Sequence record: NC_054921.1
Direction: 5' to 3' (one strand)
Length of the DNA: 64,000 bases
DNA from: Escherichia phage vB_EcoM_IME537
The translations under genes and the position numbers were made by a program. The stretch's first letter is position 1; each line of letters opens with the position of its first letter. This document shows, piece by piece, positions 40,221 through 50,221 of this stretch. The notes beneath the pieces were generated by a model. That model was given only the letters and a program-made list of their open reading frames with translations, searched no databases and was not told the origin of the DNA.

Positions 40221-40262
40221 ATATACCCCTTTAGTTAGATAAACCTATTTATAACTTTTGCA

Positions 40263-40844
40263 CTAACCGAGCTTTTTAGTTAATTCATTCCAATGTTTTC
40301 TACACAAAGAAACATAAATTTCATCACCAATACAGATTTGATTACCTTCTTTAACGGGTGTTCCATCTTCCATTAATCGAGCTGTCATAATAGCTTTTTT
40401 ACCACAATGACAAACTGCCTTTAGTTCAATAAGTTTATCTGCAATCGCCAAAAGTTCTTTAGAACCTTCAAATAATTTTCCGGCGAAATCAGTCCTTAGA
40501 CCATAGGCCATAACAGGAACATTATATGTATCAACAATTCGGCTCAATTGATGCACCTGTTCAGTTTTTAAAAACTGGGCTTCATCTACAAATACGCAAT
40601 GAATATCTTTTTGTGCTTCAGCCCATTTATAGAACTCGAAAATATCCATATCATCTGTAATAATATTTGCTTCCTGCTTAATTCCAATGCGAGAAACGAC
40701 TTCACAGACAGAATCGCGAGTATCAATAGCAGGCTTAAGAACTAATACACTCATTCCGCGCTCTTTATAATTATGCGCAGCAGTCAAAAGAGAAGCAGAT
40801 TTTCCAGCATTCATTGCTGCATAAGTAAAAATTAAACTCGCCAT
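40263..40844 (-). CDS. tk: thymidine kinase
   Basis: 193 aa; P-loop AAMNAGKS and Zn-binding cysteines; same length as T4 Tk. Confidence 0.9.
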   Translation of the reverse strand: MASLIFTYAAMNAGKSASLLTAAHNYKERGMSVLVLKPAIDTRDSVCEVVSRIGIKQEANIITDDMDIFEFYKWAEAQKDIHCVFVDEAQFLKTEQVHQLSRIVDTYNVPVMAYGLRTDFAGKLFEGSKELLAIADKLIELKAVCHCGKKAIMTARLMEDGTPVKEGNQICIGDEIYVSLCRKHWNELTKKLG

Positions 40845-40853
40845 ATCACCTTC

Positions 40854-41039
40854 TTAAAGCGTATTCACATAAGCTATTAATTCGTTTTCTTTCTTATCAA
40901 ACCGATCAGCAAATTCTTCTTGCTGTTCGGGAGATAGCGGGCCGTATTCATCATAAAAGGTGTTTGCTTCTGTATGCTCATCTAGAAGTTCATGGATAAG
41001 CTCAAACAATTTATCTTTTTGTTCTTTACTCAGACTCAT
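40854..41039 (-). CDS. hypothetical small acidic protein (tk.1 position)
   Basis: 61 aa ORF. Confidence 0.4.
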   Translation of the reverse strand: MSLSKEQKDKLFELIHELLDEHTEANTFYDEYGPLSPEQQEEFADRFDKKENELIAYVNTL

Positions 41040-41205
41040 ATATTAATTTCCAGGAGTTTTAAAATAATTCGCTTTTGCTTAAATATTTCCATAGTTAAAT
41101 GACCAGTATCTTTTTGACCGATTCCAATGGCAAAACCTTTATTGACAGCGAGTTCAATTAAATTATCAAGCTCACGTAACACTTCATACTGTAACTCAGA
41201 ACTAT

Positions 41206-41418
41206 TCATTTCGGTTTACCTTCTTTAACGAAATCTGGATAAGGATAAAATCCCGAATAAAATCCTTCACCTTTATGATTGATGCATCCTTTATTAGAAC
41301 AATAGCACCAATAATCGAAATCACAAGCCATTTCATCGTTGCATAAAGCAAAAACAACTGGCCATTTACACTTTTCACAATGGGCATTTTTAAGAATACT
41401 AGTTTGGCTCATAACCAT
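41206..41418 (-). CDS. hypothetical cysteine-rich small protein
   Basis: 70 aa, multiple Cys/His (CEKCKW...CYCSNKGCINH). Confidence 0.4.
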   Translation of the reverse strand: MVMSQTSILKNAHCEKCKWPVVFALCNDEMACDFDYWCYCSNKGCINHKGEGFYSGFYPYPDFVKEGKPK

Positions 41419-41636
41419 GTAACCTTTAAGCAGTATTCTTCTACATGCTGTTTACGACCTTTCTTATCAATAAAGGTATATTCAACGAATGTTCCAATGT
41501 AGTCTTTATCTACGTCATGTGGACTATTAATTGGGCATTTAGTACGGCAAATGCGTTCCCATTGACGAATAATTACTGCCTTATTCTTTGGGTCATATGG
41601 ATGTGGATAATGTATATTCATAATAATGGTTCCCAA
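41409..41636 (-). CDS. hypothetical protein
   Basis: 75 aa ORF. Confidence 0.35.
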   Translation of the reverse strand: MGTIIMNIHYPHPYDPKNKAVIIRQWERICRTKCPINSPHDVDKDYIGTFVEYTFIDKKGRKQHVEEYCLKVTWL

Positions 41637-42085
41637 TCAACAATCACAATTTCTAATTTAGAGGAATATGTATCTAAAATCCCCTCAATAATATCCCAGT
41701 TCCCTTTACCTATGCCTGCACCAATCCTAGGCATATAGATTGTAGGTTTAATCAGTTTATTTTCACCAAACTCATTTAATTCTAACATACAATTCATTAA
41801 AGCGGAATACTCAAAATTTGGCCCTGGTTGAAATTGAGTATAAAGGTTGAAGCAATACGCTTTATGAGTCCTAAAGTATTTTTCATAGACTGAGTAAGAA
41901 CCAAGTTTAGTTACATCACCCCATTCAGTCTGTAATTTATCAGCTTCCAAAATTTTAGGGAAAGCTTTGGTTAATTGACCCGCTACGCCTGAACCCATAG
42001 TATGAAAACAATTGCATCCATGCGCAATATTTTTACCTTCAGCGAAAAGGGCGACAATATCGCCCTTGATATATTTTACAATCAT
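41618..42085 (-). CDS. macro-domain protein (predicted ADP-ribose binding/hydrolase)
   Basis: 155 aa; macro-domain-like motifs (GDIV...IAHGCNC...GSGVAG...PRIGAGIG). Confidence 0.55.
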   Translation of the reverse strand: MIVKYIKGDIVALFAEGKNIAHGCNCFHTMGSGVAGQLTKAFPKILEADKLQTEWGDVTKLGSYSVYEKYFRTHKAYCFNLYTQFQPGPNFEYSALMNCMLELNEFGENKLIKPTIYMPRIGAGIGKGNWDIIEGILDTYSSKLEIVIVDWEPLL

Positions 42086-42429
42086 CTAGTACTCAATCCT
42101 CGATTATAAGAATCTACCAAACGGTCAACCATTGAATGACAAGCGGCTTTATCTTTCTCCTCCGCAACTGAACATTCTAAGGTATTCCACTTTTTAGCAT
42201 ATCGTTTTAATAATGTATCGTTTTTGTATCTGCTTGATTTATCTCTTTCTCCGTCTTTATATGCATATATTAATTTCTGCGCAAATTCAGCTTGGCATGC
42301 TTTATTTTTCCCACAATAATCTGCCGCAGTGCGATTTACATACTCTCTAATTTCAGTATATGATGTATTTGCTAACGCAGAAGCAGAAAATGAAATTAAT
42401 CCTATACATAAAACCAAAATTTTAGTCAT
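42082..42429 (-). CDS. vs: Vs (valyl-tRNA synthetase modifier)-position secreted protein
   Basis: 115 aa with signal peptide; size and position between tk and regB match T4 vs. Confidence 0.55.
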   Translation of the reverse strand: MTKILVLCIGLISFSASALANTSYTEIREYVNRTAADYCGKNKACQAEFAQKLIYAYKDGERDKSSRYKNDTLLKRYAKKWNTLECSVAEEKDKAACHSMVDRLVDSYNRGLSTR

Positions 42430-42967
42430 TTACTATTTCCAAAAGTTTATTATTTTTAAGGTAATTAGCCTTTTCTAGGACTTCAGAAGCATATTTAGAA
42501 CCTGCTTTAACATTCCATCCCGAATTATAAGAGGATATTGCCTTTCTTATATCGCCCTTATGTATATTTAACCAATAAGAAAGTTCAATGTACGCCCAGG
42601 AAGCTGAATTGGACCGTTTATTCAACATTCTTTTTATTTCAGCATCGGTCATATTATAACCAAGTTCCTTAACTCTCGCTCGCATAGTAGGCAAATAATT
42701 TTGGAACATTCCATAAGCGTGATGCTTTGGTTTAGATTTTAAATTAACTCCGGCAGAGCTTTCTTGCCATAAAATAGCAGCCATTATATGACCTAATCCA
42801 CCCTTGTGGATATTTTTATGTGTTTTATATTTTCCATCCTTAGAAAATTGTTCCCCGAATTGATACGCGTAACGCATGTTATCGAGTTGGACATTACTGA
42901 AAGTATGCTCGGAGCTATGTGCCATCATTGAAATGGCCAATAGACCAGCGAGTAGTGCTTTTCTCAT
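42422..42967 (-). CDS. secreted lytic-transglycosylase-like protein (vs.1 position)
   Basis: 181 aa; signal peptide; SLT-like catalytic region (LWQESS...). Confidence 0.5.
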   Translation of the reverse strand: MRKALLAGLLAISMMAHSSEHTFSNVQLDNMRYAYQFGEQFSKDGKYKTHKNIHKGGLGHIMAAILWQESSAGVNLKSKPKHHAYGMFQNYLPTMRARVKELGYNMTDAEIKRMLNKRSNSASWAYIELSYWLNIHKGDIRKAISSYNSGWNVKAGSKYASEVLEKANYLKNNKLLEIVND

Positions 42968-42974
42968 GCTTACC

Positions 42975-43436
42975 TCATTGAGTTTTAATTACTGCTTTAG
43001 AAGCCTTTCCTGGTAAACGACGACTGTTGATAATTGCCATCCTACATTGAAGTGACGGGTCTTTGAACTTCGCGTTAGGTTTACAAACTGTAAATCCAAG
43101 CCAAAGATTTCCATCTGTGATTTCTAAACGTCCAGGACGATATTCAACCCCATCAATAAAATCCTCGTCAATGTCAGGACGCGGAGGCATACTCAGGAAT
43201 TCATTAACTTCTAAAACATGGTCTTTTATTTTGTGGAATAATTCAAAAACATATGTCTCATCAATCTCCCGTTGAATTGCACGGTCAAGAAGATGCTGAG
43301 AATATTTTAGATGAAACGATGAGACCCCTGCTGCTTTTGATGCCTCACGAATCTCATTGTTAATTTGACGAAACTCCGACTCAAAGTGACGACGAAGCTT
43401 ATTTCGACGGATAAAAACTTCTGTATTGATAGTCAT
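42975..43436 (-). CDS. regB: RegB endoribonuclease
   Basis: 153 aa, near-identical to T4 RegB from memory. Confidence 0.88.
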   Translation of the reverse strand: MTINTEVFIRRNKLRRHFESEFRQINNEIREASKAAGVSSFHLKYSQHLLDRAIQREIDETYVFELFHKIKDHVLEVNEFLSMPPRPDIDEDFIDGVEYRPGRLEITDGNLWLGFTVCKPNAKFKDPSLQCRMAIINSRRLPGKASKAVIKTQ

Positions 43437-43460
43437 ATTATTCTCCTCTTAACTGATAGA

Positions 43461-43494
43461 AAAATTATACCACAGTCAAGAGGAAAAGTAAACA
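43461..43494 (-). promoter_or_regulatory. T4-type early promoter upstream of regB
   Basis: Minus strand GTTTACttttcctcttgactgtggTATAAT. Confidence 0.55.
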
Positions 43495-43495
43495 G

Positions 43496-43816
43496 TTATT
43501 CTTTAAATCTAATCAATTTATTCATAGACTTTGAAACTTCTGCACGAACCTCATGTAGATTTTTGAGCTGTTCAAGACGCTGCTCATAGTAAGCAATTTC
43601 ATCTTCTTCGAGACAGTCCTGTGAATCTTCTTTAAGATAACGTGCATAGTCCTGGAAAGCGTTACGAACTACTTCCTGGAAGTCATCAAGACTTTGAATT
43701 TTCTTAGGAGCAACAGATACACGACGAGGGGCAGTATAATACTCATAACCAAACCCTGCGCTTAATTGGGCCATTAATATTTTTCCTCTGGTTGGAACAC
43801 AGCACGGCAAGCCCAC
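43496..43816 (-). CDS. hypothetical protein (vs.3 position)
   Basis: 106 aa ORF. Confidence 0.4.
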   Translation of the reverse strand: MGLPCCVPTRGKILMAQLSAGFGYEYYTAPRRVSVAPKKIQSLDDFQEVVRNAFQDYARYLKEDSQDCLEEDEIAYYEQRLEQLKNLHEVRAEVSKSMNKLIRFKE

Positions 43817-44076
43817 ATACTGGCTTCTTTGAGCTTCGTTTTAGCAATAGTTAACTGATCGATGCTTTCAGCATAATTCTTCGCGAATTCATAGTCTTCG
43901 CAATTATTTAGCACTTCCCAGAATTCGTCATATAAAGCATCAAAGATAAGTCCTAAACGAACTTCAGCGTCTTTAATAGCATTTACTTTACCGATTTTCT
44001 CTTCAGTGTGCGGCTTATAACCTTTAATATCTTCAATCATATTTGACTTCCTCACCAGTACATAAATCGTATTCAA
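43774..44076 (-). CDS. hypothetical protein
   Basis: 100 aa ORF. Confidence 0.4.
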   Translation of the reverse strand: MNTIYVLVRKSNMIEDIKGYKPHTEEKIGKVNAIKDAEVRLGLIFDALYDEFWEVLNNCEDYEFAKNYAESIDQLTIAKTKLKEASMWACRAVFQPEEKY

Positions 44077-44254
44077 CTAAACGAATAGGTTCATGAATTC
44101 CATATCCTTGAACAGAAATTTCTGTCGTAGGATAAATTCCATCAATATCGCCCATATTCCACGCTTCATTAAATTGCTGTTCGCCTGAATTACTAAACCA
44201 CTCGGCGAAAGCATTTAGCACATCTTCAGAACCTTCAATAATTATCTTTGCCAT
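44033..44254 (-). CDS. hypothetical small acidic protein
   Basis: 73 aa ORF. Confidence 0.4.
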   Translation of the reverse strand: MAKIIIEGSEDVLNAFAEWFSNSGEQQFNEAWNMGDIDGIYPTTEISVQGYGIHEPIRLVEYDLCTGEEVKYD

Positions 44255-44616
44255 TACAAACTCTCAGTAAAGGTACGAGCAATAACGTCGCGTTGCTGTT
44301 CCGGAGTCAGAGAGTTAAAGCGAACTGCGTATCCGGATACACGGATGGTCAGCTGCGGATATTTTTCCGGATGCTTAACTGCATCTTCCAGAGTTTCACG
44401 ACGCAGAACGTTTACGTTCAGGTGTTGACCACCCTCAATTTTAACTGTAGGCTGTGTTTCAATTTCAATTTCACGGGCATGCAAACCATAGAAAATTTCT
44501 GGGTCTACAAAAGAGTCCTCTTTAAAGGTTTTAGAGACAATAATTCGTGCTTGAATACCATCTTCAAAATAAATAGTACCTTTATGTGTGCCTTCAAGAA
44601 TTTGATATGCTTTCAT
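44254..44616 (-). CDS. autonomous glycyl-radical cofactor (GrcA/YfiD-like)
   Basis: 120 aa; C-terminal glycyl-radical signature RVSGYAVRF and a C-terminal about 60 aa that match my recollection of E. coli GrcA; local GC content visibly higher than flanking phage DNA. Confidence 0.7.
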   Translation of the reverse strand: MKAYQILEGTHKGTIYFEDGIQARIIVSKTFKEDSFVDPEIFYGLHAREIEIETQPTVKIEGGQHLNVNVLRRETLEDAVKHPEKYPQLTIRVSGYAVRFNSLTPEQQRDVIARTFTESL

Positions 44617-44623
44617 ATAAACC

Positions 44624-45004
44624 TCAATTAGAAAATAAATTTATCCAAGATTGTTCTTTAATTAAAAATGGCTCAGAATCATATGCCATTAAACTCTGTG
44701 TGATTAGTCCTTTAAAAGGCCCATCAATAAATTCCATGGTAAAGTATGGAATTTTATTCATTAATCTCGCATTAGGAGCAGTACATAAAACTCTGCATCC
44801 TTTGAATACGCCTTTTTGCAATTTGTATTGCTTAGGATAAAATTCGCTTAAAATGTTATTTTTTGCCAAAATTTCAAAATGATTCACCAATTTATTTTTA
44901 ATAGTTTTTGGTGAAAAATAAAGATATTCGAAAAGCTGAGTGTCTGTCATCATTGCATTCCGATTACGAAAAACTGTGGACGAGTAATACCACCAATGCA
45001 GCAT
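44624..45004 (-). CDS. hypothetical protein
   Basis: 126 aa ORF. Confidence 0.4.
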   Translation of the reverse strand: MLHWWYYSSTVFRNRNAMMTDTQLFEYLYFSPKTIKNKLVNHFEILAKNNILSEFYPKQYKLQKGVFKGCRVLCTAPNARLMNKIPYFTMEFIDGPFKGLITQSLMAYDSEPFLIKEQSWINLFSN

Positions 45005-45540
45005 TTACTATTGCAGCAGTGTTGCACAGTTTCAATATGAATATCGTAAATTTTATCCATATCAGGAGATTTAACAGGCTCATCGATTATATACAAAATT
45101 CGAGAAAGCGATAAACCTCTGAACTTGCTACCTCTATTACCAACAAAACTACGGACAGAATCAGTAAATAAACGGAATCGAATATCATCGCTAGAATAAC
45201 GAGAAAATTCTTTTTTAATGCGGCCCGCAGAAATTTTAGCGTAAGCTGAAGTATTAGAAAGAACAATAACTGTTCCACCATCATACAACCAATTAGCGGC
45301 AAAATTAGTTACTGCAGTTGATTTACCAGATTGTCTGCCACCATCTAAACGAAGTGTACAATATTCTTTAAATAAATGCGACGAATCAGGTACATAAAAT
45401 CCACTATTACAAATTTCTTCTACTCTAGCATCAGAATGGTGTGTAAAAGCATTCATCAGGGATAGATAAGGACCAGTTAAAAATGTTCTCATTTTATTCT
45501 CTCTAAATTTGGGCCATTCCATGGCGCATGAATTGTCCAT
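44950..45540 (-). CDS. P-loop NTPase-like hypothetical protein
   Basis: 196 aa; Walker A GGRQSGKST, Walker B-like LYIIDEP. Confidence 0.45.
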   Translation of the reverse strand: MDNSCAMEWPKFRENKMRTFLTGPYLSLMNAFTHHSDARVEEICNSGFYVPDSSHLFKEYCTLRLDGGRQSGKSTAVTNFAANWLYDGGTVIVLSNTSAYAKISAGRIKKEFSRYSSDDIRFRLFTDSVRSFVGNRGSKFRGLSLSRILYIIDEPVKSPDMDKIYDIHIETVQHCCNSKCCIGGITRPQFFVIGMQ

Positions 45541-45633
45541 TTCTGTATTTACCCATTACCGCACTTGGGCTCGACCTTATTACAGGTTGGCGGGAATCCC
45601 TCACAGAATCATGAGGTCCAGGTTGTTCCCATG

Positions 45634-46107
45634 TTATTTGAACGATTTAACGTACTGAATAGAACCTTTACTATTCACGAAAGCGATTTTACCATTTTTA
45701 TTATACATGGTAGCAGTACGCTGATAACCATAAGTTTGTTTACCAGATTGATAACCAACTAATGCGAAATTATCTTCACCCATTTTATTCTGTTTAGCGC
45801 GAATACGTTCATGTCCATGCGCCATAAGAACCTTAGCATCACCAGTTGCAATGGATCGACGAGTTTTTTCATCTTCAACTGTATTAACAAAATCATCAAA
45901 TGAATCAAATTTAGCATGAGATTTATTATACAGTTTTCCATCTACTGCATAATTATATCCCTGTACATCCATCTCAACTTCTGTACCATCATCTAATACA
46001 GCAGTAATTTTCTGTCCTTTTTTAAATTTCAAAAGATCAGTAAAAGATTCAGCAATAATTTGAGAATTAATAGCTGCTTCAGTAATAAATTCTTGATATG
46101 TTTTCAT
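45634..46107 (-). CDS. internal-protein-like head protein with capsid-targeting leader (ipIII/ipII locus)
   Basis: 157 aa; N-terminal MKTYQEFITEAA matches the T4 internal-protein capsid targeting sequence; located next to e. Confidence 0.55.
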   Translation of the reverse strand: MKTYQEFITEAAINSQIIAESFTDLLKFKKGQKITAVLDDGTEVEMDVQGYNYAVDGKLYNKSHAKFDSFDDFVNTVEDEKTRRSIATGDAKVLMAHGHERIRAKQNKMGEDNFALVGYQSGKQTYGYQRTATMYNKNGKIAFVNSKGSIQYVKSFK

Positions 46108-46147
46108 ATGTTTCCTTTAAATGTAAATATTTTAATTAGTAACTGTG

Positions 46148-46181
46148 AATATACTATCACAGTTCTAGGAGAAAGTAAACA
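46148..46181 (-). promoter_or_regulatory. T4-type early promoter
   Basis: Minus strand GTTTACtttctcctagaactgtgaTAGTAT. Confidence 0.45.
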
Positions 46182-46184
46182 ACT

Positions 46185-46715
<531 letters not shown>

Positions 46716-47171
46716 TTAAAAGAGGTTGTTCATTATTCGGTAAAGTGAAGGACCCATCACATATTGCCACTGAGTACGAGGAATAAGAGCAAAAGCGTCC
46801 ATCTCTGGAATCATAACGCCATCTTTATTTTCAAAATAAGACTCGCAATGGCAATTTCTAAACATCTCATGCTCTACTGGAATCGTATAATAAAATAACT
46901 GTAAGTCTTTATTACTAGAATATTTAAATACACCTAGGTCTTCTAGAAGGTCTGGATTATAATTGCTAAAACCAGTCTCTTCTAAACATTCTCTTCGTGC
47001 TGCATCTAGTACGCTTAAATCAGAATTTTCTACGCGGCCCTTTGGGATATCCCAGCGATGTGCCATCATTCCAGGCTTACGAGAACCAGTAACCCGTCCC
47101 ATGAATAAATCTTTATCTTCGGTCATAAAGATAATACCAGCTGATAGTGTTTTCATTTTAATTTCCTGCAT
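46716..47171 (-). CDS. nudE: Nudix hydrolase NudE (e.1)
   Basis: 151 aa; Nudix box GRVENSDLSVLDAARRECLEETG. Confidence 0.8.
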   Translation of the reverse strand: MQEIKMKTLSAGIIFMTEDKDLFMGRVTGSRKPGMMAHRWDIPKGRVENSDLSVLDAARRECLEETGFSNYNPDLLEDLGVFKYSSNKDLQLFYYTIPVEHEMFRNCHCESYFENKDGVMIPEMDAFALIPRTQWQYVMGPSLYRIMNNLF

Positions 47172-47641
47172 TCAGTGATAAAGTTATTTAAATTTTGAGT
47201 ATATTTCTTTTCATCAAAAATCTTTTGTTGTCTGCGTAGCCGCCATGGCATTTCAATGAACGTGTACCATATCCCAGATAATATTGCTGCTGTAAAAATA
47301 TTAACAAGTATGGTTAAAAGAATCCAATCTCCTATTCTGTCCATTGGATTTTTTATAAAAAAGTAAAATACGAATGATGTCACAGGAAGACTAATAATAT
47401 ACCACAGAATCATAATCTTATCTGTGAACCAATCAGCGTTCGTTAATTTAGCGCGACCATTATGAATACACACGAATTTATCATCTGTTGCAGTAGATGG
47501 CTTAACTGGTTGATATCCCATTCTAAACTCCCTAATCAGCAAATTTTTCATATCTTCGGAACAGCCATTCCAGTCAACTCTATCAACTGGAATGCCATCA
47601 TCCCCATCATCTAAATCATACCAGCGAGTTTTTAAAATCAT
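47153..47641 (-). CDS. membrane protein, tandem family with shared C-terminal motif
   Basis: 162 aa; two C-terminal-half TM segments; ends ...FITECRKLK. Confidence 0.45.
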   Translation of the reverse strand: MILKTRWYDLDDGDDGIPVDRVDWNGCSEDMKNLLIREFRMGYQPVKPSTATDDKFVCIHNGRAKLTNADWFTDKIMILWYIISLPVTSFVFYFFIKNPMDRIGDWILLTILVNIFTAAILSGIWYTFIEMPWRLRRQQKIFDEKKYTQNLNNFITECRKLK

Positions 47642-48000
47642 CTGATTTTCCTACAATCACTTACAAACTCTTTCATTGATTCATTTTCAATATAAGACAT
47701 GTAGTTATTATATTCTTTTAATTGTATTTTGTAATCCTTTTTTCTTTGCCAATTTATTTTAAAATTATCATAATGAAAATATAACATGGTACCAAAGAAT
47801 GAAAATAATGAAATCGCTATAGTAAAACGAAGTTCACTCCAAACCTCTGTTATAATTGCTGAACCATCGATGTTTAAAATAATACAGTCAATCATTAATC
47901 CAATAAGACTACCCGCAAGAGCTGTAAATACTGATACAGCAAGAATTAATAGTGCCTCAGGAAACGAATATTTGACTTTATTTAGTTTTGGCTTTTGCAT
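47638..48000 (-). CDS. membrane protein, tandem family member
   Basis: 120 aa; two TM segments; ends ...FVSDCRKIR. Confidence 0.45.
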   Translation of the reverse strand: MQKPKLNKVKYSFPEALLILAVSVFTALAGSLIGLMIDCIILNIDGSAIITEVWSELRFTIAISLFSFFGTMLYFHYDNFKINWQRKKDYKIQLKEYNNYMSYIENESMKEFVSDCRKIR

Positions 48001-48395
48001 CGTGATTCCTTAACAAATTTCATAATTTCATCAAATTCATACGCAGCAAGTTTAAGCTGATGTTCTTTTTTAATCTTTTTGCACTGGGCTTTCCACTCAC
48101 GTACGCGTTTACGATAATGTCTTCCTTGATACCAGTATCCTACCCAATTTACAGGTACTAATAAAAGCGGAATTATTAATGGAAGAATTAGTGTTGCTCC
48201 AAATATTGCACCAGATTCAATATCAGTCATAACGTCTATAACCATTCCAGCAATCAGCAGAATCACAAATGATACAGCTACCACAGGACCTATTAATACA
48301 TCAGTAGGAATTAGCTGACGCTTTAGTTCATACTTCACAGGTTTACTTGGAAGGTATAGTGATGGCTTTGACATATTCTCTACATTCCTTAACAA
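47982..48395 (-). CDS. membrane protein, tandem family member
   Basis: 137 aa; two TM segments; ends ...FVKESRCKSQN. Confidence 0.45.
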   Translation of the reverse strand: MLRNVENMSKPSLYLPSKPVKYELKRQLIPTDVLIGPVVAVSFVILLIAGMVIDVMTDIESGAIFGATLILPLIIPLLLVPVNWVGYWYQGRHYRKRVREWKAQCKKIKKEHQLKLAAYEFDEIMKFVKESRCKSQN

Positions 48396-48957
48396 ATTTT
48401 TCTAGTAATAAATCGCTTTCAAAATTAGGATTTTCCACGAATTTATCAAAAAGATCATCAACAATAGTCAAGATATTCTTTTTACTAAGAATACGCTTAT
48501 TTTCATATTTTGTTTCAGAATCAACTATAAGAGTAAAGAAATATTTCTTTCCCTGAAATTTTACCGTAGTATCAATATAGAACAAATTTGACTTTTGTAA
48601 ATTACGTTTAAACCATGCATCACTTAAACTATAAACGCCAAGATAATCATAATCGTCGTTTAAATAACAAACCGTCCATTCAGGAGAAATGAAATCAGTA
48701 AATTCAACATCAAAATCACACGTCAATGAATGAATTGATTCAATACTGTTAATGAGTATTCCAGGACGTATTAAAGACTTTTTACCTCTAGAAAATCTTC
48801 CAGAAAGACTTTCATCAGTTTCATATGAAGACCCCCAATAGTAATTACGTCCTTCTGCCATACGTTTAAGAGCATTTAGTAATTGGTCTGGAACATCAAC
48901 CTGTCTTTGGAACTCTTCAAACATTGAATTGAAATCACTTTGCATTTTCATTTTCAT
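48343..48957 (-). CDS. hypothetical soluble protein sharing the C-terminal motif
   Basis: 204 aa; C-terminal ...FVKECREYVKAITIPSK. Confidence 0.45.
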   Translation of the reverse strand: MKMKMQSDFNSMFEEFQRQVDVPDQLLNALKRMAEGRNYYWGSSYETDESLSGRFSRGKKSLIRPGILINSIESIHSLTCDFDVEFTDFISPEWTVCYLNDDYDYLGVYSLSDAWFKRNLQKSNLFYIDTTVKFQGKKYFFTLIVDSETKYENKRILSKKNILTIVDDLFDKFVENPNFESDLLLEKFVKECREYVKAITIPSK

Positions 48958-48976
48958 TCCTATTTACTCCAAGTAT

Positions 48977-48994
48977 AAGGGGCCGAAGCCCCTT
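48977..48994 (-). other. UUCG-tetraloop RNA hairpin
   Basis: aaggggccgaagcccctt. Confidence 0.45.
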
Positions 48995-48998
48995 ATCA

Positions 48999-49592
48999 TT
49001 ATTTCAGAGAATTAATGTATTCCTGAACATCGGCAGAGGTAGTTTCAACCCCGGAAATATTACCGTTAAAGGTTTCAACTCGAGCAAGAGTATCTTCAAT
49101 ATCAACCTTAGTCAGTGCTGCGATTTCAACTACATCATCAGCAGTACTAATTCCAAGGGCATTTGCCGCACGAGTTTCACGGATATATTCCAATTTAACT
49201 GCAAGTTCTTGGCGAGCATCATCTAACTCAACTACTTTCTTGGCGATTTCAATTCGCATTTCAGCATAACCATCAGCTTTAGTAGTCAACTGCTCAGCTG
49301 TTCGACGATATAGTAAACCGAGCTTAGCATGCATTGTTACATCTTGACCTTCGGAAAGAAGTTTGCGAATTTCACGCTCTTTTGATTCGGCTTGTCGATT
49401 CTTTTCGATAACAAGTTCACGAATACGTTTTTCTTCATTAATAGATTTAACAGAAGCAGTTTTTAGGTCTTTAATTTTATCAAGAAGTTTTGCTGCTGCA
49501 GCAGTATACTGTTCTTCGACAGATAGATTTTTAGCCATAGCAGAACCAAGTTTAGTGCGAATAAACTCAACAATTTTCTTCAGTGTGTTCAT
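48999..49592 (-). CDS. coiled-coil protein (possible PspA/IM30-like fold)
   Basis: 197 aa, largely helical heptad-like sequence; similarity to PspA is pattern-level only. Confidence 0.35.
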   Translation of the reverse strand: MNTLKKIVEFIRTKLGSAMAKNLSVEEQYTAAAAKLLDKIKDLKTASVKSINEEKRIRELVIEKNRQAESKEREIRKLLSEGQDVTMHAKLGLLYRRTAEQLTTKADGYAEMRIEIAKKVVELDDARQELAVKLEYIRETRAANALGISTADDVVEIAALTKVDIEDTLARVETFNGNISGVETTSADVQEYINSLK

Positions 49593-49635
49593 AGTATTTC
49601 CTTAGGTTAATTGAGATTTAAAATCTGCGGAAGAA

Positions 49636-50166
49636 TTATATCCCATTATTTGAGAGATGTAAACTATTTTTAATTTTACAAATTCGTTCAGCTTCATCGA
49701 TAGCAGCATTAATAATGCTTTTAGCTATAGGAGTACTAATACTAGTAGCTTTTACACTTAACACGATTTCTTTATCTTTACCAGGCCAACCCCACGATTT
49801 TTCACCGTGAGTGCCTTTAATTACAGCAGACACCTCAAGTGAGCATCCATTATCACATGTTTTTACATTAACAACCCAAGGGTCACTTTTCTCAATCGGT
49901 TTCTCAATCGGTTTATCCCAGTAAATATTAAGAATACGTGGAACATCAAATTTGGCAGGACAAATCTTAACCGTAAGACCTTCGCTTTCTAGCCAATTAA
50001 TAAGAGGGCGTTCATACAGGCGACGATGTGGGCTTGGGATTCGACAAGCCTTATGTCCGTTGCTTGCGGCTTCACTAAGCTGTTCTAATACCTGCTTTTG
50101 CATTATTGATAAAATACCATCAAAAGATCTTTCGGAAGTTTCATTCAGTTCGGTATAAAGAGACAT
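49636..50166 (-). CDS. hypothetical protein
   Basis: 176 aa ORF. Confidence 0.4.
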   Translation of the reverse strand: MSLYTELNETSERSFDGILSIMQKQVLEQLSEAASNGHKACRIPSPHRRLYERPLINWLESEGLTVKICPAKFDVPRILNIYWDKPIEKPIEKSDPWVVNVKTCDNGCSLEVSAVIKGTHGEKSWGWPGKDKEIVLSVKATSISTPIAKSIINAAIDEAERICKIKNSLHLSNNGI

Positions 50167-50221
50167 AACAGTTTCCTCAAATTATAGGCTCATAATATCT
50201 CAATCATGAGCCTATGTAAAC

